64,000 bases of DNA from Eledone cirrhosa (lineage: Eukaryota). This document shows, piece after piece, positions 55,179 to 64,000 of this stretch (the first letter of the stretch is position 1; each line of letters opens with the position of its first letter). The position numbers and the translations under genes are program-made. The DNA lies in the NCBI GenBank assembly GCA_964016885.1, contig OZ024742.1, positions 134,354,001 to 134,418,000 on the forward strand, written 5' to 3'. Below the pieces are notes generated by a model. It worked only from the letters and a program-made list of their open reading frames with translations, had not been told where the DNA came from and ran no database searches.

Positions 55179-56481
55179 AAGAATCAAAGAACTGTTCAAA
55201 ACATTATTGTGCTTACAGCTGTTTCCTCCAAACCGAGGTTTGGATTCTTCGGAGCAATTTATTAATGCATGGACAGTTATATGACCTCCTTTTCAGCCGA
55301 GAGACATACCAAATACATATTCAAACATTGATACATATTCAAACATTGTGGGTCAACATTCATTACAGAATTTAGAGTGGCAGTACACACTTCGAGATTA
55401 CATTTATATTACAATAAAAAATCAAAGATATAGGTTAAAGTACAACATGAAGATAAGTGGTTATATAGTGCAAATGTTATATGTGTGGCACGCATGTGCG
55501 TCTTGTTTATATAGTGTGGCAGAGAGATATGTGTGGTAGAGGCACTTAGGTAGGTAAATAAGAGTGTTAGGTTGGTAGGTCTGGTGGCAAAGTCTTTATA
55601 TGATTGATATAGTCTGTGTGTGGAGAAATATTATAAGCATTAAAGATAGTGCAAGCATTAAAAGTGTTATAAGTATTGGAGATGCACAGCGCAGGGAAGT
55701 CAAGTAATTCATGTACTTCGGCATTTTCATGGTCAAGGGAGTGTACATTTCGATTATATGCCTTTCACATAATCCACGACAATCCAGTTAGAGATCGTAG
55801 TCTGGTGTTCTTTAGTTCGATACTGTATCGAACTAAAGAACACCAGACTACGATCTCTAACTGGATTGTCGTGGATTATGTGAAAGGCATATAATCGAAA
55901 TGTACACTCCCTTGACCATGAAAATGCCGAAGTACATGAATTACTTGACTTCCCTGCGCTGTGCATCTCCAATACTTATAACACTTTTAATGCTTGCACT
56001 ATCTTTAATGCTTATAATATTTCTCCACACACAGACTATATCAATCATATAAAGACTTTGCCACCAGACCTACCAACCTAACACTCTTATTTACCTACCT
56101 AAGTGCCTCTACCACACATATCTCTCTGCCACACTATATAAACAAGACGCACATGCGTGCCACACATATAACATTTGCACTATATAACCACTTATCTTCA
56201 TGTTGTACTTTAACCTATATCTTTGATTTTTTATTGTAATATAAATGTAATCTCGAAGTGTGTACTGCCACTCTAAATTCTGTAATGAATGTTGACCCAC
56301 AATGTTTGAATATGTATCAATGTTTGAATATGTATTTGGTATGTCTCTCGGCTGAAAAGGAGGTCATATAACTGTCCATGCATTAATAAATTGCTCCGAA
56401 GAATCCAAACCTCGGTTTGGAGGAAACAGCTGTAAGCACAATAATGTTTTGAACAGTTCTTTGATTCTTATATTTCATATA
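55167..56481. mobile_element. 1.3-kb palindrome (657-bp arms, 1-nt centre at 55824) of a PLE-like 3' end
   Basis: Mirror ORFs 55348-55539(+)/56109-56300(-) are identical, and 55676-55894(+)/55754-55972(-) differ only at the centre. The left arm abuts (TA)n; the right arm runs on about 160 bp to another (TA)n. Confidence 0.93.
56392..56438 (+). ncRNA. Minimal hammerhead motif (U4C variant); mirror at 55210-55256 (-)
   Basis: TGCT-CCGAAGA-A-TCCAAAC CTCG GTTTGGA-G-GAAA-CAGCTG-TA-AGCA. Confidence 0.75.
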
Positions 56482-56639
56482 ACTGCTCTGTAAATCATCT
56501 GATGTTTTTACATTGAGCTACTTAACTTACTGGTAATAAGGTAGTAATACATTACTGCCTACCACTATTTAGGGTGTGTGTAAAATACTTACAACTGCTT
56601 AAGGTTTTGTGTTTACATAACCATAAATAGTATAACTAA

Positions 56640-56681
<42 letters not shown>

Positions 56682-59039
56682 CAGGTAAAGGTGGTTGACA
56701 CAGAAAACCAATAGCATGAGGTTTTATTCCATGCATTAACATATGTTTCCTCGCCTAATAACCAATTCATTCATGTCTTGATACTGCTATCATCAACAGT
56801 TTATTGGCTAATGTGAAATTCGATACATTAAACAATGCCATCACTAGGTGATCAATTACATAGTTCAAATTCCATTATGCTTCTGGGGAGGATGAAATTC
56901 ATCTTGAAAATTAAGTAGAGTGTAGATGTTTGCCATCCAATAAAATTTTAGTGCATTGGAAATGGATGGCTTAAACGCGTTTACTTGTTTCAGGGCAATC
57001 AGGCACGTGTAGCGTGACTCAAGTCCTGCTTTGTAGTGCCATTATTTCCCAGATAATAATCCTTGTTATTTTATTTTATATTTTGTTGCATATTTTTTAT
57101 TGCACCCGCGCATGGTTATGAAATTCGCTTCGCAAACAACAGATTACGCGGTTGATCTGACCGCGATACTCTTTGCGTTAGTGTCATTCACATTAACCTC
57201 GATCTATGCTCGCCCATTGCGTGAAATCGGCTACCCTGAAACTGTTCAGAAGTCCAATTCGGATAGACTGTACTAGTAATTCGTTTTGTAATATTTGTTC
57301 AACCTGAGTATTACAATAACGGTGCACGCGTTTGTGAAATGAACAGCAAATTGATCCTTGATTTCACGCAAATGATGTTACGTCTTTTCGAAAGATCAGA
57401 ATCCTGATCGTCATAATCAGCATCGATCGTATCGATTTCATATGTTTGTGTGTTTTTATTCTATGTTTGTATGTAGTGCATTGAATTTCACATTCATACA
57501 TGTCTGTATGAACATGCTTACTAGAAAATGTATATATCCTTACAAAATGGTAAATGATCTGAGTTGAATTGCCAACGAATAACATTTGCTAATTATCGTA
57601 GGAACTGAAATCCAAAAATACATACAATAAATATTTTCAAGGATTACTTTATTTGCCACTTACAATCAGTTTTGTATGTTACTACACTATCTTGATTTAC
57701 ATCCTACGAAAGATATGTGATTAACAAATAAGAGAAACTTGGTCTTATGTAAGATATTATTAGTTACTTCATTCCAAAGTGTGAATGAATTTGTAGATAT
57801 GGTTTACAATCCTGTTGTGTTTCGTAGTAAGCGAGAACTACAAATTATATAAGGTGGTAAGAGGAAATTTGAATTGGATCACAGAGGACTTTTAAAAAGA
57901 TATATTATTGGATATCAACGCTTGCACAACATTGCTATTGCTAGATATATTATAAATTCCATTATCATTTCTCTCATGGATATCATATTAGATTTATTAT
58001 GTTATATCTGGTAGCCTGCATCTTCAGAAGTCCATATGAGTTTATACATATTTGGACGTCAAACACATTTTCCTTTTCTCTGGAGTTAAAATTGGATGCT
58101 GAAGCACCCAATGGTCAGTCAAGCAGGTTATTTTATCTCCAAGCAAATTTTATGAAAGATAGAGTTAGACAACCCAATATTATATGATCTGATATCGTTA
58201 TTATTATTACCTTGTTGTTTTTATTATTATTTAGTGTTATTATTTTTGTTGTTAATATCGATATTTTTATAATCAAATATATCGCACTTACGAATGTTCT
58301 CACCAATATTAAAGACGTGACCGGATATTAGGATAAGCGAAAATGGAGAAATATGTGATAAATCATAGATTCTGTTGTACGATACGAGAACATATTGGAA
58401 TCAAAAGAAAATGAAATGTTCAAAAGACGTATGAACATAGCCAGGTAACTGACAAAAATATTTAATTTGGAGGTGCAAATTATTTCTAAAGCAAATTGTG
58501 ACAACAATAAATTTGGAATGACTACAAATCAGATTGCTATTAATCTACGCAAAAATTGCCGTTATATATATATGCAAATTTGTCTATCATCTTTATAAAA
58601 TGTTTGTTTATAAACTGTATATTCGAATAGGAGAATGCACATGATTAGGTTATTCGTTGAAAAAGGTCACGAGTTCGAATTCCACTAATGTTTCCATCCA
58701 TGATCAATGTACCTCGATTTTTACGTACTTGGAAAATAAAGGTGTGTTACTTTATTTCACTGGCAGCTATCCTTGTGCCCAAAAAAGAAACAATTATTTT
58801 CTCTGTGGCAATACTCTATATATCGTGTTCAGGCATTGCCAACTACGAATGTTGAGAGGGTCACCTCCAAATCACTCAAGCTCCTTTATGTCTACTTCTA
58901 TTTCTCTTACTCTCTGTTGCTTTTTAATTATATATTTTCTCTCAATAACACCATTTCCTTCATTAGATCAAAATAACTGTCATGGCCTGGTGAATATGTA
59001 TCTCATAACGTTGAAAATGTTTCGCTGCCAGTGAAATAA

Positions 59040-59513
59040 AGGAGCATACCTTTATTTTCCAAGTACTTTCCGGAGTATTCGAGCTGTTCCAAGCAGTGTT
59101 GTTTTCTGCAAGTGCTCCAGCCGTGTTTCATACACTTACCAAATCCCTAGTTGCTGTTCATATGGCTCCAACAATTATTGGTCTGACTACCTCCTTCTTC
59201 AGTGACCACAACTGCTTAACATCCCAATCTAAGCTGTGGTATCTATCGACGTTTTCACATATTTATGGCATACTTCGATATCAACTGGATATGTTAAGGG
59301 TTTAATTATACATTGCTTTCCTTCTCAAATATCGCAATATCTGGTTGCCTGTAATTCCTCCTCTTATCATACTGTATCACAAATTCCCACAAGATCTTTG
59401 TATTTTCATTTATATACCAATTTTCTGTTCTGACGAGTTCATACTTCCAACTAATGGCACATTGGTTTATTCTTGCGATGTTGTCATGACGTCTCATATA
59501 TCTTTGGAACTAA
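59040..59513 (-). mobile_element. Decayed R4/Dong-like RLE LINE 3' end (continues at about 60468-60575)
   Basis: RRHDNIAR...KILWEFVIQYD....RQPDIAIFEK...PIIVGAI...LLGTARILRKVL; the upstream piece GENVWHITRE lies beyond the CRE insertion. Confidence 0.85.
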
Positions 59514-59514
59514 T

Positions 59515-60460
59515 CCCGTATACGTGGGACCGGCTGGGACTTAGCCCAGTAGACGTCCCTCCTCCTTATCCCCTGTTAAGGTCAAGTCTCCCCAACGCAC
59601 ATGGGATGCCATCCAGTGCAGCCTGGCCTCAGAGAGGCTCACGCCCCAGCTCGACCAGCACCGCCTTGCTTATTTTCGTGCATCCTCCAAACCCCACAGT
59701 GGTGCCTGGCTCCATGTTCTACCATCCTTCTCCACTCCACTGGCACACAGCTAGACAACCATAGCCTTCGAATCCGTGTTTCACTGAGGCTTGGCCTCCG
59801 GATCTGCCAGCCACACCAGTGTCGCTGCGGTTCCACCGTGGATTCTCTCGGCCTCCACCCGCTTTCCTGTCGCCACAGTGCCGGACGCATTCCACGCCAT
59901 ACTGCCCTCAACGAGGTCATTAAGTATGGCTTGGACGCTGCAGGCTTCCCTTCCCAGCTGGAGCCGGTGGGGCTGGATCGAGGGGACTGCAAAAGGCCAG
60001 ATGACATGACCATCTTCCCATTCCGCGGTGGTAAACTCCTCGTCTGCGATGCCACTTGCACTGACACTTTCTGCAGGCGCAACCTCGTGCAGTCTGCGAC
60101 TGAACCAGGTTCTGCTGCACGTCGGGCTGAGGGGGCCAAACTCTTCAAATACCGTTTGCTCTCCGACAGGTTTGCGGTCGTTCCCCTGGCAGTGGAAACT
60201 TCTGGTGTCCTCGGCCCCAGGGCTACCTCCTTACTCACCACCATAGTCGCTGATCTGGCCAGCCGTAGGTGTTTGCCCCGCGAGTTGGAGTGGCTTTTCC
60301 AGCACGTCTCCCTTGCAGTCCTCCGGGGAAACGCCTCCTCCATTCTGTCTGCCGGGGCTGTGGGTGGGCCCCATCACGTACCAATACATTAGTTATATAC
60401 CATTCTTTCATCTGATACAACTCAATAAAACCGCTACAATATTTAAAAAAAAAAAAAAAA
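59515..60460 (+). mobile_element. 5'-truncated CRE-like non-LTR retrotransposon (CCHC knuckle plus PD-(D/E)xK endonuclease) with poly(A)
   Basis: GC-rich block. ORF 59601-60392 has LRLG, CRCG.......HPLSC, RH, RPD, DAT, K..KY, PLAVETSG and RGNA. AATAAA at 60424 and an A-tract at 60444-60460. Confidence 0.9.
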
Positions 60461-60627
60461 GTTTATTCAAATGGAATTCTCTTGTAATATGCCATACATT
60501 TTCTCCACATACATTCCATGCCATATATTCTGCCCTTATAATTTTCTGCTCTGTGATCGTCTATGGCGTTTGATATTGTTTTTTTCCTATAACAATACTT
60601 ACTGACTATATCATATTACCTGATAAA

Positions 60628-60801
60628 GGTCGGTGAATGTGCAGTGTCGGTAGAGGGTTGGACGCCATGCTTTCTAGCATAGTTACATCCCTTTACGGCC
60701 TGAGTTCAAATACCGTTGAGGTTAGCTTTGTATTTCATTCTTGCGGGATCGATAAAATAATGCACTGGGGTAATATCTGTGCCGAAAGTAGAAACTATTA
60801 T
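60628..60801 (+). mobile_element. SINE, diverged
   Basis: A box, B box and core with substitutions. Confidence 0.85.
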
Positions 60802-61424
60802 TTGTTTCTGTGATATTATTTGTTCTGACGTATTTCAGAATTCCATTCAACTGATTTTGTTTCTTGTATAATATTCTAGTGGCCCATATTTTCAAGGTTG
60901 CATTTAATGCTACTTGTACTCTTGCAATTGTTCTTTCTTACATTGTTTTCTATTTACCTGTCATGTCACCACTAATTCAATTGTCTTCCAGCCCATCTAT
61001 ATTTCCCCCACCAGACAAGCTGCTACTGCCCTTTTTGTTGGGTTTACCAGAAATCTCTTCATCGTTTTCCCTTGCTATAGTTTCCTTTTTCCTCTGTACG
61101 AAATATATTTTCTTCATTTCTGCCACTGCTGTTTCTAATATGCATCGTTTGATAGCATCGAATACCACATCAATCAAGCAGCGAAGAATTATTATTAACC
61201 TGGTGTAATTATGAACACCATTTTCGTGTACTACTGCTCAATAGGGATCTCTCAATGACCGCACACATTACTTGTTTGCTGGTCCATTTTTGGATAAAGA
61301 CCGCACGACGACCAGGTATTCAAAGCCTGCCGGGCGCGAATCCAAAATCATCAAAGGCCCCAGTCGTGTTAAAGCTATTGTTCTCAGCCTTTTGATTTGA
61401 TCTACTGGGGAGATTATTATTAAT

Positions 61425-61855
61425 GTAGTGTCGATAGAACTTTGGGCAGTATGCTTTACGGCATTGCGCTATGGGCCATTACGTTCTGAGTTCAAATCCT
61501 GCCGAATTTAGCTTTGACATTTGGTATTACAGGATCGACCAAATATAGTACCTGTAATGCACTGGTTTCATTTTAATGTAATTTACTCTCACCCAGAACT
61601 GTTAGCATTTTGCCAAACTCAGAAACAAATATTATTATTACAGTTATTGTTAGCATTGGCAGTATCGGTAGAAGGTCGGACGCCATGCATTGCAGCATAT
61701 TTATGATCTGAGTTCAAATCCCGCAGAGGTTAATTTGCCTTTCATCCATACGGGGTTGATAGAATAAAGTACCAGTCACGCACTGGGGTCGGTTAAGTCA
61801 ACATTCTCAACCCCACAAAATTGCTGGCCTTGTACCTATATAAGAAACTATTATT
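61425..61855 (+). mobile_element. Two adjacent SINE copies (longer-tailed variants)
   Basis: GAGTTCAAATCC at about 61488 and 61710, each followed by a core and a GAAAC..TTATT tail. Confidence 0.82.
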
Positions 61856-62232
61856 ACAGTTATTTTTATAAGTAGCAGTAGTAGCAACAGCAGCAGTTAA
61901 TTACAATATTTTCTTTCCTTTATATATTCTTTTGACATCTGTGTATATTTGCTTCTGTGCCATTGTTATGAGTCGTTGATCTCTATGTCAGACAATATAC
62001 AAAATTAGTATAACTTTATACTTTGTTTTCCATTAAAATGTCATTTATATGGAAGAAAATACTTAGATCTCAGCACAGATGGTCGGATAACTTGACTGGC
62101 AAACGAAGGTAATTTTCTCAAGTAGTACACATAGGAAAATAACATGCGTATAAGTATAAATACTATATGATATATGAATCTACGCGTTATTTATACATAC
62201 GAACACACAAACATAGAAATACTCACACTCAC

Positions 62233-62235
<3 letters not shown>

Positions 62236-62276
<41 letters not shown>

Positions 62277-62289
62277 TTATATATGTATG

Positions 62290-62327
<38 letters not shown>

Positions 62328-62369
62328 TACATTTATATATATATATACACATATACATATATGTATATA

Positions 62370-62401
<32 letters not shown>

Positions 62402-62461
62402 AATATAGATACATATATATATATATATATATATTTATTTATTTATATATAGAGATGTATA

Positions 62462-62507
<46 letters not shown>

Positions 62508-62581
62508 TTTATATATATATATATAGATGTGTATATATATAAATATATGTATATATGTAAGTATATATGTATGTATATACA

Positions 62582-62647
<66 letters not shown>

Positions 62648-62653
62648 AATTAT

Positions 62654-62738
<85 letters not shown>

Positions 62739-62765
62739 AAATATATAATTTTTTATCAATGTATA

Positions 62766-62852
<87 letters not shown>

Positions 62853-62956
62853 TAACAGATTAAAGTTAAAGCAAAGAATCGCTGCTTATCGAGCCGTCTT
62901 CTTTGGATTCTAGTCTTCAAAATTATTAGTATTACTATATATATATATATATACAC

Positions 62957-63031
<75 letters not shown>

Positions 63032-63040
63032 TATATACAC

Positions 63041-63077
<37 letters not shown>

Positions 63078-63130
63078 TATATACATTTATACATATATAT
63101 ATACCTATAAACATACATATATATAAATAT
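62236..63130. repeat. Long degenerate (TA)n array containing a PLE-like fragment (62848-62935)
   Basis: Direct reading; the insert matches the 8.6/10.4-kb family. Confidence 0.9.
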
Positions 63131-63719
63131 ACAGATATTCGTGTTTATGTATGTATGTAAACGTATCGTTCCTGCTCTGTCCACTTGCCTGTGTGTGTGT
63201 ACGCGCGCGTGTGTGTGCACGTGTGTCTCTGTTTGTATTCACAGAATATTCAGTAAATTGAACAAAACTTTAACAACAGTTCAGCCATCTTTGATTGGGG
63301 GGGGGGGGGCGTTAGTTTCCATTATTAAAACAGGTGATATTGACACAAATTTGTATAAATTCCAATAAAAAGAAACTTTCATTTCATCTTCAGTTATAAG
63401 GATCATTAGTTTGGGAGTCAATTTCTGAAATAGTGGAAAATATTTGTAAGCGTTAAGAAAAGGTTGTGTCTTTAGATGTGTTGAAATCTGTACTATTTAT
63501 TGTAAGGTTATGTTTGTGTATTTATGAACGTATATGAGTTTGTGTTTATATGTTTGTAATTATATATTTCAATCTACCCCGTACTTAATTTCTTTTATTT
63601 GCATATGGGTGTGGTTTTATCACACACACATATATTTATATATATATACACACGCACACACACTCTCACACACACACGTACACACAAATATATTTATATT
63701 GACACTGAAAGAGTAAGAG

Positions 63720-63865
<146 letters not shown>

Positions 63866-64000
63866 GAAATAAATGGGAGAATATATTGTTGTCGTTGAAC
63901 AGAAAATAAATTATATTTGCTGGGAATTGAAGGAGAATCTTGCATTTGAAAGAGAATAGAATTCAATGAAATCTCCGGCAGGATGATAAACAAAATAAAT

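Noticed and set aside
59639-60343. 234-aa minus-strand ORF
   Set aside because: Antisense shadow of the GC-rich CRE ORF.

Overview
This window is AT-rich eukaryotic DNA dense in microsatellites ((TA)n, (CA)n, (GA)n, triplets). It looks intergenic or intronic, and most likely comes from an octopod cephalopod (inferred from repeat style, not proven). I see no intact host gene; nearly all listed ORFs are microsatellite read-throughs or transposon remnants. Recognisable content: (1) about 17 copies or fragments of a tRNA-derived SINE with a Nin/Deu-like core, four with clear 13-18 bp TSDs; (2) decayed LINEs of the CRE, R4/Dong and RTE types; (3) Helitron pieces, including a small internally deleted element with both termini; (4) hAT remnants; (5) a Neptune-type Penelope (PLE) GIY-YIG fragment. 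The most striking signal is a series of fold-back (inverted-repeat) insertions abutting (TA)n tracts, up to a 1.3 kb near-perfect palindrome. Several unrelated sequence families are involved, and many carry minimal type I hammerhead ribozyme motifs (CUGANGA...GAAA, often a palindromic stem III, then NUH). I read these as PLE termini or non-autonomous PLE derivatives. All folds and translations were done by eye.
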